DNA of 64,000 nt from a bacterium. GTDB taxonomy: Bacteria > Zhuqueibacterota > Zhuqueibacteria > Residuimicrobiales > Krinioviventaceae. Numbering within the stretch: the first letter of the stretch is position 1; the number at the start of each line of letters is the position of its first letter. The DNA lies in the NCBI GenBank assembly GCA_963674595.2, contig CAXXFV010000020.1:34674-98673 (forward strand), written 5' to 3'. The translations under genes were made by a program, and so were the position numbers. The notes under the pieces were generated by a model. The model did not search any database. It was given only the letters and a program-made list of their open reading frames with translations, and had not been told where the DNA came from. This document shows, piece after piece, positions 38,208 to 48,446 of this stretch.

Positions 38208-39338
38208 TTATTTACCGGACATAAAATTTTCAATAACGGACGCAATATTGTCCCATGAATATTTCTTTTTTTCCGTTTTTACATTGTTGGAAAATTCTTC
38301 TTCACGTTTTTCCTGATAAAAACGGATCACAGCCTTTGCAAAGGCATTCGGATTGTTGGACGGTACTATAAATCCTGTTTTTTTATCGATAACAACTTCC
38401 GGCAGTCCTCCTACATCCGTTGCAATAACCGGTTTGTTGTAATTATAACAAACCTGAACAATGCCGCTTTGTGTCGCTGAAATATAAGGTAAGGCCACGG
38501 CGTCGGCAGCGGCAAAGTATAACCCGACTTTTTCATTGGGAATATAATCACTTTTTAGTATAACACTGTTTTTTAATTCCAGGGATTTTATTTTTTTGAT
38601 ATATTTTTGTTCGTCATCATAAAATTCACCGGCGATTAACAGTTTCAAGTCCAGCTCGTTTTGTAAAATCGGCATCGCGTCCAGCAGCACTTCAAGGCCT
38701 TTGTATTTGCGAATATAACCAAAAAACAATAAAATGGGTCCCGATGGCAGGTTTAACAGTTTCCGGGCTTCTTTTTTAGAATATTGTGTTTCAAATATTT
38801 CATATACAGGGTGGTAAACCATTTCAACCGGTGCCTCTGGTTTGAAAAGTTTAAGGTCATTACCAACGGATTTTGACATAACGATGAAATAATCAACCGT
38901 AGAAAGCGCCCATTTTGTCAGAAAATTATCTCCGATCCGTTTTTCATGGGGTATGATATTATCACATATATATAATACTTTGGTGTCAGGACATTTTTTC
39001 TTAACCTGTGCTGCTATCGTTGCAAAAGCCGGAGCGAAAAAAGGCATCCAGTATTTAAAAATAATCAAGTCCGGATTATATTGAATGATTTTTTTTGCGG
39101 TTTTATACCAGGTAAACGGGTTGATTGAATCGACAGTCGGTGTTGCGTTTATCGGAATACTGTCTTTGCTGTCGTCATATTGTGTTTTCCCAGGGAAAAA
39201 AAGTGACGGGTATTGACGTGAAAAGGAAAAAATTTTCATTTCATGGCCGCGGCTCTCAAGCGTTTTGTACAGTAATGCATTAAAATGAGCAATCCCTCCG
39301 CGGTGCGGGAATGCTGTTCCTACCATTGCAATCTTCAT
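38208..39338 (-). CDS. Glycosyltransferase family 4
   Basis: P.RGGIAHF, FFGYIRKYKG, LPYISATQSG, TDVGGLPE. Confidence 0.9.
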   Translation of the reverse strand: MKIAMVGTAFPHRGGIAHFNALLYKTLESRGHEMKIFSFSRQYPSLFFPGKTQYDDSKDSIPINATPTVDSINPFTWYKTAKKIIQYNPDLIIFKYWMPFFAPAFATIAAQVKKKCPDTKVLYICDNIIPHEKRIGDNFLTKWALSTVDYFIVMSKSVGNDLKLFKPEAPVEMVYHPVYEIFETQYSKKEARKLLNLPSGPILLFFGYIRKYKGLEVLLDAMPILQNELDLKLLIAGEFYDDEQKYIKKIKSLELKNSVILKSDYIPNEKVGLYFAAADAVALPYISATQSGIVQVCYNYNKPVIATDVGGLPEVVIDKKTGFIVPSNNPNAFAKAVIRFYQEKREEEFSNNVKTEKKKYSWDNIASVIENFMSGK

Positions 39339-39354
39339 AGGTTTTACCAGAAAT

Positions 39355-40422
39355 TTATGTTAATAATGAAATACAGGATTCGATGACCCGATCAACGGAA
39401 ATATATTGCATGCAATTGTTTGGGCATTCCGGTGCATAATAACAATCGCAATCAAAATCCGGTTCCAGGATATGCCCCAAACCGTATAAATCAAATTCAG
39501 CTTTATTGAATGTATTGTTAAAAAGAACAATTTTTTTGTTCAATGCGATAGTTATGTGCATGGCCATGGTAACGGCCGTTACAACCAGATCACATTGATT
39601 TACCAGATTAATGAATTGGGCAAGCGGGAAATAACCCGGATAGTGAGCACCGCTTTTTCGGGCGATATTTAAATTTTTTTCATGTTCTTCCGGTCCGCCC
39701 AGCAAAATAACGGTAAATTTGCTTTGTAAATGGTGGGCCAGTTCTATCCAGTTTTGTTCCGGCCATAACCGGGATTTCCAGCGGCCGCTGCAACCGGTGT
39801 TGAGTCCGATAACCGGTTTGGACCGGTCCAGAGAAGGCCAGTCATATTCACCTTCGTGATTATCCAGAATATAGGTTTCATTTTGAAATGTGTAACCGCA
39901 TATTTCAAATAATTCCTGCGGGTATGACTTGCTGTTTTGTTTGCTAAGATCATCAAACATGCCGGTTAAAAATTTATTAACAGCATTAGCATCAGCCGGC
40001 CAGGGACGATTATCTTTTAAAACAAATCCTTTTTTTACTTTTGCATTAATAGAACTTGCCAGAGCGCAGGCTTCATAATCCTTGTCCAAATTGATTAAAA
40101 GATCAAGTTTCAAGTTTTGAAGTGTTGTAATATGTTCCAGCGAAAATTTATAAACCCTGTCTACAATCTGGGGTATGACTTGTGGGGACAGCGTCAGCCA
40201 GTGGATTTCACTTTTTGGGTATTCTTTTTTTAATTTATGCAGTATGGGGGTGCTGCGAATGACGTCCCCAATAGCGCCAAGTTTGATAATCAGTATTTTT
40301 TCTTTTACGGGATCATAAAACGAACAGTCGTCGCATTTTACCTTATGTTTTTTATGAGGTTTGCACGGAATATGTCCTAAAAAATGCCGGCAATCAGGAT
40401 GGAGGTCATCCGGTTTGATCAT
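39355..40422 (-). CDS. Glycosyltransferase family 9 (heptosyltransferase-like)
   Basis: ILIIKLGAIGDVIRSTP, R.WP, LGGPEE, T.AMHI..AL. Confidence 0.85.
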   Translation of the reverse strand: MIKPDDLHPDCRHFLGHIPCKPHKKHKVKCDDCSFYDPVKEKILIIKLGAIGDVIRSTPILHKLKKEYPKSEIHWLTLSPQVIPQIVDRVYKFSLEHITTLQNLKLDLLINLDKDYEACALASSINAKVKKGFVLKDNRPWPADANAVNKFLTGMFDDLSKQNSKSYPQELFEICGYTFQNETYILDNHEGEYDWPSLDRSKPVIGLNTGCSGRWKSRLWPEQNWIELAHHLQSKFTVILLGGPEEHEKNLNIARKSGAHYPGYFPLAQFINLVNQCDLVVTAVTMAMHITIALNKKIVLFNNTFNKAEFDLYGLGHILEPDFDCDCYYAPECPNNCMQYISVDRVIESCISLLT

Positions 40423-40427
40423 AGTGT

Positions 40428-41405
40428 TTAACCCTCTTTATTATCCAGTCCGAGCTGTGTTTTAACCAAATATGAGTCAGATTTCTGGCGAAATTCTGTT
40501 ATCATTTCTCCAAGCAGTCCAATGGAAAAAAATTGTATACCAACAATAATAAGCAAAACACCTAAAAACAGAAGAGGTCTGTTGCTTAAAAATTTGTTTT
40601 CAAAGAGCCTTTCATAAGCCAGAAACGCTGAAATTCCAAGTCCAAGAGTAAATGTAACAAGTCCCCACAAGCCAAAAAGATGTAATGGCCTTTTTTGATA
40701 TCGAGTGAGAAATGTAATTGTCAGCAAATCAAAAGGTCCGCGAACAAACCGGGCAATACCATATTTTGTCTTTCCGTGTTTGCGAGCGTGGTGTGTTACG
40801 GGAATTTCAGTGACACGAAAACCGTTACGAAAAGCGATGACCGGCAAATAGCGGTGTAATTCGCCATAAATATTCATGCTCTTAATGACCTCTGAACGAT
40901 AGGCTTTTAATCCGCAGTTAAAATCATGCAGCCGGATGCCACTGAAAACAGACGTAAAATAGTTGTATATTTTTGAAGTGTGTTTTTTTATAAACGGATC
41001 GTGACGGACTTTTTTCCACCCGGAAACAAGGTCATAGCCTTCTTCAAGTTTATTTACAAGTGAGGGAATTTCTTTGGGATCATCCTGCAAATCAGCATCC
41101 ATGGTTATAATATAGTTTCCCTGCGCTGCTTTAAATCCGACTGAAAGACCGGCCGCTTTCCCATAGTTTATTCGAAATTGAATGAGTTTGACGTGTTTGT
41201 CATTTTCATGCAGATTGTTAATAATAGAACCGGAATTATCTGTTGAGCCGTCATCAATGAAAATGATTTCATATTCAACAGGTGCAAGCTTTTGCATCAC
41301 CGTTGTAATTTGTTGATAAAGCTCGTTTAAAGATTCCGATTCGTTATATAATGGAATTACAATAGATATGTCCGGATGCTCAGGGTTGGATGTTTTTAAA
41401 GGCAT
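40428..41405 (-). CDS. Glycosyltransferase family 2 (ArnC/polyprenol-phosphate sugar synthase-like)
   Basis: IPLYNE, DDGSTD, MDADLQDDP, HDFNCGLKAY; two C-terminal TM helices. Confidence 0.9.
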   Translation of the reverse strand: MPLKTSNPEHPDISIVIPLYNESESLNELYQQITTVMQKLAPVEYEIIFIDDGSTDNSGSIINNLHENDKHVKLIQFRINYGKAAGLSVGFKAAQGNYIITMDADLQDDPKEIPSLVNKLEEGYDLVSGWKKVRHDPFIKKHTSKIYNYFTSVFSGIRLHDFNCGLKAYRSEVIKSMNIYGELHRYLPVIAFRNGFRVTEIPVTHHARKHGKTKYGIARFVRGPFDLLTITFLTRYQKRPLHLFGLWGLVTFTLGLGISAFLAYERLFENKFLSNRPLLFLGVLLIIVGIQFFSIGLLGEMITEFRQKSDSYLVKTQLGLDNKEG

Positions 41406-41426
41406 TTTGCTGTCCTTGTTATCGCA

Positions 41427-42239
41427 TTATAATTCAATTTGTGAAGCTGTTTTAGGTATTTTTATTTCAAAATCTTTTTTATCAAGTTTACTGTTAACGA
41501 TAAGTTTGTTGTAAAAGAGAGTAAAGGCTTTTTTCTCTGACGGTTTTTTCAGACGGATCGTTTTGGGCAGATAAACACCCTGGTATTTAACAAACCGGTC
41601 AAATTCCTGTAAAAGGATAATTTCATTGTTTGCGTCAAGAATTTCAATTTTTTCAATTACTCCCATATAAGGATCTATCCAATAATGATAATAAAGTGAA
41701 TCTTTTTCCCCGGTTAGCAGTAATCCTTTTTCCGTATTTGCAAGTTTCGGATTGTTTAGCTTTTCAATTTTTTCAATTCCCGAAAGTGATTGAAAAAGAT
41801 TTGAATAATTTGAATAAAAATCGATAAAATGCACTTTACCAAGAGAATCGATAGAGCCTGATATATATGAATTTTGCATGGGAGTATATAAAATGAACTG
41901 TTTGCTGTCTGCAAACAAGGTCCCTACATCAATTCCAAACATGGCTTCTACTTTAATATACAGGGAATCCGGTTTTTGAAGCCGAATTTGTGAATTAGCC
42001 GTATAGTTGAATTGAGAGGTCTCAATGGTGAGTCGGCCTGTTCCCTGAAGTGTTTTCAGTTTATTATAATTTTTATTAATAACGGCCGGAATTGTCTTCC
42101 AATTGGTTTCATCCGGTTGTATTAAGGGCCGTTTATGAAAGGTGCTGCAACCTGTGGATAAAAGGAAAACGACCGTAATGAATATAAACGGTCGCTTTAT
42201 ATTAGATAAAATATGAAAAAGCCTAAAAAACAATGTCAT
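41427..42239 (-). CDS. DUF4292-like lipoprotein (LolA/LolB-like fold)
   Basis: Lipobox STGC; beta-rich; follows a TPR gene as in FCB-group loci. Confidence 0.6.
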   Translation of the reverse strand: MTLFFRLFHILSNIKRPFIFITVVFLLSTGCSTFHKRPLIQPDETNWKTIPAVINKNYNKLKTLQGTGRLTIETSQFNYTANSQIRLQKPDSLYIKVEAMFGIDVGTLFADSKQFILYTPMQNSYISGSIDSLGKVHFIDFYSNYSNLFQSLSGIEKIEKLNNPKLANTEKGLLLTGEKDSLYYHYWIDPYMGVIEKIEILDANNEIILLQEFDRFVKYQGVYLPKTIRLKKPSEKKAFTLFYNKLIVNSKLDKKDFEIKIPKTASQIEL

Positions 42240-44230
42240 GGTGTTGTTTGTCCGATTTTTTTCAACAGGTGTTCTCTGCTTTTATCAAGATCATAGGCTT
42301 TGCGCCAATATTCTTCAGCCAGATTATATTCCTCTAGTTTTTCGCATACATCTCCAAGATGTTCAATAACTTCCGGTATGTCTGACTGAAAAGATAATGA
42401 TTTTTCGATGTATATTTTTGCGTTGGTATAATCACCGAGTTGGTAATATATCCAGCCAAGTGTGTCCAGGTACGGAGAATTTTCCGGATCTGCCTGTAAT
42501 GCTTTTTTAACGTATTCCAAAGCTTCCGGAAGCCGAATGCCCTGAATGGATAAATGGTAGGCATAGTTGTTTAGAATTATTGGACTTTCCGGATTTTTTT
42601 CCAATAATTTATTATAAAGCTCACTGGACTGATCAAATAAATTTATTTCATCGTAAACGCCGGCAAGAGCCAATATAGTCTGCAAGTTTTCAGGATCATT
42701 TTCCAGAGATGCTTCCAGGTAAGGTACGGCTTTTCGAAATTCTCTTTTTTGACTTAAAAGTGTGCCGGCATAATAGTTAATGTCCGGATCTTTTGGAAAT
42801 TTTTGCAATGCTGTTTTAAAATTATCCAACGCTACATCAAGGCTGTCCATTTGCATGTAATTGACGCCTCTTAAAAGCCAGACAAAAGGCAGGTCACCTT
42901 TTAAATTTATTGTTTTGTCAAAATAATCGGCGGCTTTGCCGAATTGTTTTGTGGATACATAAAATCGTCCGAGAGTAAAGGGAACACGCCAGTCATGGCC
43001 ATGGGTTTCCATCAAAGATTCACATTGCCGGATTGCCTCAACTGAATCTCCTTTTTGCATCGTTAATATAGCAATTTCAATATTTGCACCGACGCGGGTA
43101 GAGTCCTGCTCTACAAGAGGTGTATATAGATCAATGGCCTTGTCCAAATCTTTTTGGGAAATATAAATTTCTTTCAAGCGTTTTCGTGATTCCAAAAATT
43201 CTATATTTTTTTCTATAGCCTTTTTATAAACATTAATGGCTTTAACAGTATCTTTTTTAATTTCATATAAAGCAGCCAAAGCAAGATACGGTCCTTCTGC
43301 TTCCGGATGTTGGTCAATTGCCGCCTTGAATGTATTTAGAGCCTCAACAGTGTCTTTTTTGTCAAAATAGAGGCGCCCCAATTCGATTTTGTATTCAATG
43401 TTTGATGAGTCTTGTTGCGTAAGCCTTGCAAACAGAGAAATGGCTTCATCTTTTTTGTTCTGCTTTTTGTAAATATTTAACAGTTCTGCTATTGCGTCAG
43501 TAAAATTGGGATTATACTCTATTGCTTTTGTATACCATTTTATAACCTGCGCTGTATCATTTTGAGCTTTGGAAATAGCTGCCAGACCCAGGTAACTCGC
43601 TTCAAATTCAGGGAACTGCGCCTGAATATCCATGTATACGGATCCTGCCTGTTTGAAAGCTCTGCTCTGTAAAAACAAGTGTCCGACACGAAGCCGAAAA
43701 TCAGGATCTTCCAGTCCGGCAGATACCATATTTTTATAGGTAGACAATGCTTCTGGATATTGATGCGCCAGGATTTGTAGCGAGGCCAGATTATACAACG
43801 TTTCTATGTCAGTCGGTTGCAGTTCCGCAAGTTTTTCATAGATAAGAAGGGCGCTTTTGTAATTTTTCATCATATCATAACTGGCTGCCAACAGTTCCAG
43901 ACCATCTGTGTTAGTGGGATCAAGGCGAACTGCTTTTTTCGCCAAACGGATGCAGGATCTGGGTTTTTCCATATTATAATAATCTTCAGCCAGAGCAATA
44001 AAAATTCCAGGTGAAGATGTATCTATTTCGGCCGCCTGATGGTACTCTACAACGGCATCCTTGGGTTGTCCTATTAAATCTGCAATAGATCCATTGATTA
44101 TATATTGTAGAGCTTCTTCACTGTATTCCGGTTTGTCGTATGATGGGGGGGTGATTTTACGTGTTGATGCACAACCAACCATTAAAGTGAGAGCAACTAC
44201 TGTCGTCGAATATTTTATAAATTTTTTCAT
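42236..44230 (-). CDS. TPR-repeat lipoprotein
   Basis: Lipobox MVGC; many TPR units; C-terminal LNNYAY..YLDTLGWIYY..EHLGDV. Confidence 0.9.
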   Translation of the reverse strand: MKKFIKYSTTVVALTLMVGCASTRKITPPSYDKPEYSEEALQYIINGSIADLIGQPKDAVVEYHQAAEIDTSSPGIFIALAEDYYNMEKPRSCIRLAKKAVRLDPTNTDGLELLAASYDMMKNYKSALLIYEKLAELQPTDIETLYNLASLQILAHQYPEALSTYKNMVSAGLEDPDFRLRVGHLFLQSRAFKQAGSVYMDIQAQFPEFEASYLGLAAISKAQNDTAQVIKWYTKAIEYNPNFTDAIAELLNIYKKQNKKDEAISLFARLTQQDSSNIEYKIELGRLYFDKKDTVEALNTFKAAIDQHPEAEGPYLALAALYEIKKDTVKAINVYKKAIEKNIEFLESRKRLKEIYISQKDLDKAIDLYTPLVEQDSTRVGANIEIAILTMQKGDSVEAIRQCESLMETHGHDWRVPFTLGRFYVSTKQFGKAADYFDKTINLKGDLPFVWLLRGVNYMQMDSLDVALDNFKTALQKFPKDPDINYYAGTLLSQKREFRKAVPYLEASLENDPENLQTILALAGVYDEINLFDQSSELYNKLLEKNPESPIILNNYAYHLSIQGIRLPEALEYVKKALQADPENSPYLDTLGWIYYQLGDYTNAKIYIEKSLSFQSDIPEVIEHLGDVCEKLEEYNLAEEYWRKAYDLDKSREHLLKKIGQTTP

Positions 44231-44422
44231 GTAACTCAATATTTGTAAAAAATTAATAGATAAAAATATATTATTATTTTCTTACATTCACAAGGAAAAA
44301 ATCCAGGTTATAGACTTGTTTTATATAAATTGTAGGCATGTTTTTCTGACAATTTACTTGAAGTTATATTATATTATCAATAAATTATCCAAATACTTTT
44401 TACTTTTTAAACGAGGTTTAAA

Positions 44423-45364
44423 ATGATAATTGTAACAGGAGGAGCCGGATTTATCGGCAGTAATGTTGTTCGCGCATTAAACAATCGTGGTATTGAAAAT
44501 ATTTTGATTGTGGATAATCTTTCAAACTCTTTTAAACATTTAAATTTGAATCGTCTTAAATTTATAGATTTTATAGACAAAAATGCTTTTTTTGAAAAGC
44601 TCCCAAAGCTTGATACGGTTAAAACTATTTTCCATCTTGGCGCATGTTCAAATACAACAGAGTCGGACGGCAAATATATGATGGAAAATAATTACGAGTA
44701 TTCCAAAAAATTACTCAGTTTTAGTCTTTCGCATAAAATTGATTTTTTATATGCTTCCAGTGCTGCTGTATACGGAAATGGAGATAATGGTTTTTGTGAA
44801 GATACAAAATGCGAGTATCCGTTAAATATTTATGCCTATTCAAAATACATTTTTGATAATTTTGTAAGACGTATACTAGCAAAACAACAGCCAGGTTCCC
44901 AAATTACCGGTATTCGCTATTTTAATGTTTACGGATATCAGGAAAACCACAAAGACACAATGGCTTCTGTTGCTTTTCATTTTTTCAATCAGCTTAAAAC
45001 AAGCCACAAAGTAAAATTGTTTGAAGGCAGTGAAGGCTTTTTTAGAGATTTTGTTTTTGTTGAAGATGTTGCCGATGTGAATATGTTTTTTTATGAGAGC
45101 AAAAAAAGTGGTATCTATAATTGCGGCACCGGTAAAGAAGAAAATTTTCTCAAAATTGCTGAAATTGTTCAACAATTATCACCAAAAACCGAAATAGAAT
45201 ATATACCTTTTCCCGAACATTTAAAGGGCAAATATCAAAATTTTACCAAAGCAGATCTTACCAATCTGCGTAACGCAGGTTACGAAAAACCTTTTCATGA
45301 CCTGAAAGAGGGATTGACCAAATACTATGAATGCCTTAAAACGACTGGCGGATATCTGGTGTAA
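44423..45364 (+). CDS. hldD: ADP-L-glycero-D-manno-heptose 6-epimerase
   Basis: IIVTGGAGFIGSN, HLGACS.TTE, YASSAAVYG, PLNIYAYSK, RYFNVYG..E.HK..MAS, KYQ.FT.AD. Confidence 0.93.
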   Translation: MIIVTGGAGFIGSNVVRALNNRGIENILIVDNLSNSFKHLNLNRLKFIDFIDKNAFFEKLPKLDTVKTIFHLGACSNTTESDGKYMMENNYEYSKKLLSFSLSHKIDFLYASSAAVYGNGDNGFCEDTKCEYPLNIYAYSKYIFDNFVRRILAKQQPGSQITGIRYFNVYGYQENHKDTMASVAFHFFNQLKTSHKVKLFEGSEGFFRDFVFVEDVADVNMFFYESKKSGIYNCGTGKEENFLKIAEIVQQLSPKTEIEYIPFPEHLKGKYQNFTKADLTNLRNAGYEKPFHDLKEGLTKYYECLKTTGGYLV

Positions 45365-45373
45365 AGGAGAATA

Positions 45374-46198
45374 ATGAGTCAAGATTATAATCAATTTGTA
45401 AAATTTAAGAATACCAAAGCTATTGTATGTGACCTCGATGGAACTCTTTATTTAGATGGAAAACCATTGCCCGGAGCCCATGATTTTTTAAATAAAATTA
45501 TATCTACCAATCGAAAACTGTACTATTTTACAAACAATACTTCACAATCGAGACAAACCTATCTGGATAAACTGGACAGGCTTAATTTCCCGGTTAGCGA
45601 TGATATGTTGATTACATCAGCGGATTGCGCTGATAATTATTTAAAAAAGAACCGGTTGTTTCCCGATATATATCTTGTTGGGAACAAAGATTTAAAAACG
45701 GAATTTGTAAGCAGGGGGTATAGCTGTTTAAGTGAAGAGCAGGTCGTAAATGTAAAACCTCTCGCTGTTGTCCTGGGTTTTGATACGGAATTGACCTATC
45801 AAAAAATCCATACCTGTTACGATCTGATATTAAAAGATATTCCTTTTATTGCAACGCATGCTGATTTATTATGTCCTGTATCGAAAAATGTCTTTAAACC
45901 GGACGTGGGTTCATTTATTTCGATGTTTGAAACAGCTACCAATGGTATCCGTCCAAAAGTAGTCGGCAAACCGAATAAAGAAGCTGTGGATGCAATAAGT
46001 GACAAAGCACAATTACCCCCGAATGAAATAGCGTTTATTGGAGACCGGCTTTATACCGATATTCGAATGGCACAAAGCTATAACATGATAGGCGTGTTGG
46101 TTTTTAGCGGTGAAACAACCCGTGAAATGCTGGCAACCTCCGGGGATAAGCCTTTAGTTGCTGTAGACGGAGTTGTTGATTTAATTCAGTATTTATAA
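45374..46198 (+). CDS. HAD-IIA (NagD-like) phosphatase
   Basis: DLDGTLY, FTNN, GKP, IGDRLYTDI, SGET. Confidence 0.9.
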   Translation: MSQDYNQFVKFKNTKAIVCDLDGTLYLDGKPLPGAHDFLNKIISTNRKLYYFTNNTSQSRQTYLDKLDRLNFPVSDDMLITSADCADNYLKKNRLFPDIYLVGNKDLKTEFVSRGYSCLSEEQVVNVKPLAVVLGFDTELTYQKIHTCYDLILKDIPFIATHADLLCPVSKNVFKPDVGSFISMFETATNGIRPKVVGKPNKEAVDAISDKAQLPPNEIAFIGDRLYTDIRMAQSYNMIGVLVFSGETTREMLATSGDKPLVAVDGVVDLIQYL

Positions 46199-46202
46199 AA
46201 AA

Positions 46203-46796
46203 TTATTTATCGGCTTCATTTAAACGCATTGAGCTGAGAACGACCGATTTATTTCCTGACCAGTAATCAAATGCAGACCATAATGTGATGACAGCCGCTA
46301 CAGCTATAACAACTGTAATAATGGAAACATTTGGTGCAATATCCAGATTTGATGGTAAAACAGATGTTTTTTGCAGTAAAAGAATAGCCATAACAATGGA
46401 TATACAGGTTGCTTGGACCCAGGCTTTGGTCTTGCCGCTTTTTCGTGCGGCAACAACAATACCTTCTTTTATTGAAAAAACACGAACGACCGTAACAACA
46501 ACATCTCTATAGAAAAAGACGGCAATTAACCAGACCGGTGCCAGTCCGGCAGCTAAAAAACTCATAAAAACTGAAAAACGAGATATACTATCTGCAAAAG
46601 GATCCATAAGCTTGCCAAAATCAGTGATTTGCTGGTTTTTTCGGGCGATTTGACCATCCAAATAATCTGATAATTCCATAAAAATATATATAGGAATACA
46701 AACGAGAAATGACCAAAGTGTGTCTATCGAAAAAAAGATGATAAATAAAGGTGATACGGCAATCCTGAGTAGTGTTAAAATATTTGGAGTTTTCAT
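46203..46796 (-). CDS. pgsA: CDP-diacylglycerol--glycerol-3-phosphate 3-phosphatidyltransferase
   Basis: PNILTLLRI, SDYLDGQIARK...TDFGKLMDPFAD, GK.K. Confidence 0.85.
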   Translation of the reverse strand: MKTPNILTLLRIAVSPLFIIFFSIDTLWSFLVCIPIYIFMELSDYLDGQIARKNQQITDFGKLMDPFADSISRFSVFMSFLAAGLAPVWLIAVFFYRDVVVTVVRVFSIKEGIVVAARKSGKTKAWVQATCISIVMAILLLQKTSVLPSNLDIAPNVSIITVVIAVAAVITLWSAFDYWSGNKSVVLSSMRLNEADK

Positions 46797-46922
46797 ATTT
46801 TCTCGTAATTTATTAAAAAAGTTAATTTTTTCATCATAAAAGATACCAAAATTTTAGTCAAGCTTCAAGACATTTTATTTGTAATAGCATAAAATGATGC
46901 GAAAGCAATGTGATAAAAAGCA

Positions 46923-46950
46923 TTGAAAGGTATCTTTTTTATGTTATATT
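46923..46950 (+). promoter_or_regulatory. Candidate promoter of the nonulosonate cluster
   Basis: TTGAAA-16 nt-TATATT with an extended -10 TG. Confidence 0.35.
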
Positions 46951-46983
46951 ATCAACGATATTTTATATGACAAGGGTATACTG

Positions 46984-48414
46984 TTGAAAAGTAAATTGAT
47001 CAACGAAATTATTGATACATTTGAACAGTTTTTAGAGCTTGAAAAAAATCTGTTTTATAAAAATGTGAATGATGTTTTATACTGGCATTATATACGTTTT
47101 TATTTTTTTGATGAAATTCTCAAGGTCAAAGGATGGATTAAAAAAGAAAACTCTTACAAGTCTATGTCACTTCCGCTCATGTTTTCTACGGGTTTGAATA
47201 TAATTAAAAACAGTCTGTTAAAACATTGGATGTTTGATTGTAAAAAACAAGATATCCTCGTGTTTAATTCTGCAAATCGTATTTTTTATAATGGTAAAAA
47301 TATGGACCCGTATACGGGTTTAATGTTGGAAAAGATAGATCATTCCTATACAATCTGGCAAGATTTGTTTTTTTGTAAAGATAAATTTAAACAACAGGAA
47401 AAGGGAGTTTATTACCTGAACAGTCTGTGGCCCAAGGTTTTAAAAAGGTTAAACAAACAACAAATTAATAATATTGACGATGAAGCAGTGTTTTTGACAA
47501 AATATTTCAACGATGAAATGGGAGTTGAAATAAATACAAAAACAATCAGTAGCTTAATTATCAAGGCCTCGCAATTGGTCCTCTATTATCAGGGCCCGAT
47601 TAAGAAAAAGTTACAGAAAAAGCAACCTAAATTAATTATTCTGGTAAATCACTACGACCCATTAAAAATGCTTGTTATCCAGATTGCAAAATCCCTGGGG
47701 ATATATGTGGTTGAACTGCAACATGGTATTATGGGCAGATACAATATTGCTTATAATTTTGCTCATACAAGGGAATTACCAACCCTGCCCAACGAGATCT
47801 TTACATTTGGTGAATTTTGGAATGATACAACTCGGATTAAAAACAATTCGGTAAAATTAACGTCCGTGGGTATGCCTTATTTTGAGGAAAAGATAATGAA
47901 CATTAATGTGCCGGTTAAGAACGATAAAACCAAAATTTTGTTTCTAAGTCAGGAAACAATCAGCCATCAGATGGCACAGATAGCCTTTGATTTGGCTGAA
48001 AAAGTTTCTAAAGATGAGCTTCAAATTATCATCAAACTACATCCAAGAGAGTATGAAAATTGGTATAAAAAAAATAACATTTCCAAAGTGCCGGAAAATG
48101 TTAAAATTTATTCAAATTGTGATTTGTATAAACTCCTGGCAGAATGTGATATATATGTGGGTGTTTATTCGACAACCGTATTGGAAAGTCTTTTTTTTAA
48201 TAAATCCTTGTTTGTGATGGAATCTTATGGGGCACATTATTTTCTAGACTTGTTAAAAAAGAAAAGAGCTGATTTTATTAGAGATGCTAATGATATTATA
48301 AAATTAATTTCAGATAAATTATTATATAAGAATACTAATGTTGAGTTGGATTATTATTGTAAAAATAACAGTATTGAGAATGTTAGGAATCGAATTCAAT
48401 ATTTATTAAATTAG
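46984..48414 (+). CDS. Putative CMP-nonulosonate (sialyl/Kdo-like) transferase or capsule biosynthesis protein
   Basis: ELQHG, IKLHPRE (HP motif), YSTTVLE; adjacent to NeuB-type genes and a flippase. Confidence 0.55.
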   Translation: MKSKLINEIIDTFEQFLELEKNLFYKNVNDVLYWHYIRFYFFDEILKVKGWIKKENSYKSMSLPLMFSTGLNIIKNSLLKHWMFDCKKQDILVFNSANRIFYNGKNMDPYTGLMLEKIDHSYTIWQDLFFCKDKFKQQEKGVYYLNSLWPKVLKRLNKQQINNIDDEAVFLTKYFNDEMGVEINTKTISSLIIKASQLVLYYQGPIKKKLQKKQPKLIILVNHYDPLKMLVIQIAKSLGIYVVELQHGIMGRYNIAYNFAHTRELPTLPNEIFTFGEFWNDTTRIKNNSVKLTSVGMPYFEEKIMNINVPVKNDKTKILFLSQETISHQMAQIAFDLAEKVSKDELQIIIKLHPREYENWYKKNNISKVPENVKIYSNCDLYKLLAECDIYVGVYSTTVLESLFFNKSLFVMESYGAHYFLDLLKKKRADFIRDANDIIKLISDKLLYKNTNVELDYYCKNNSIENVRNRIQYLLN

Positions 48415-48446
48415 AATAATTGAAATAACTTTTTGAGGCTAATAAT

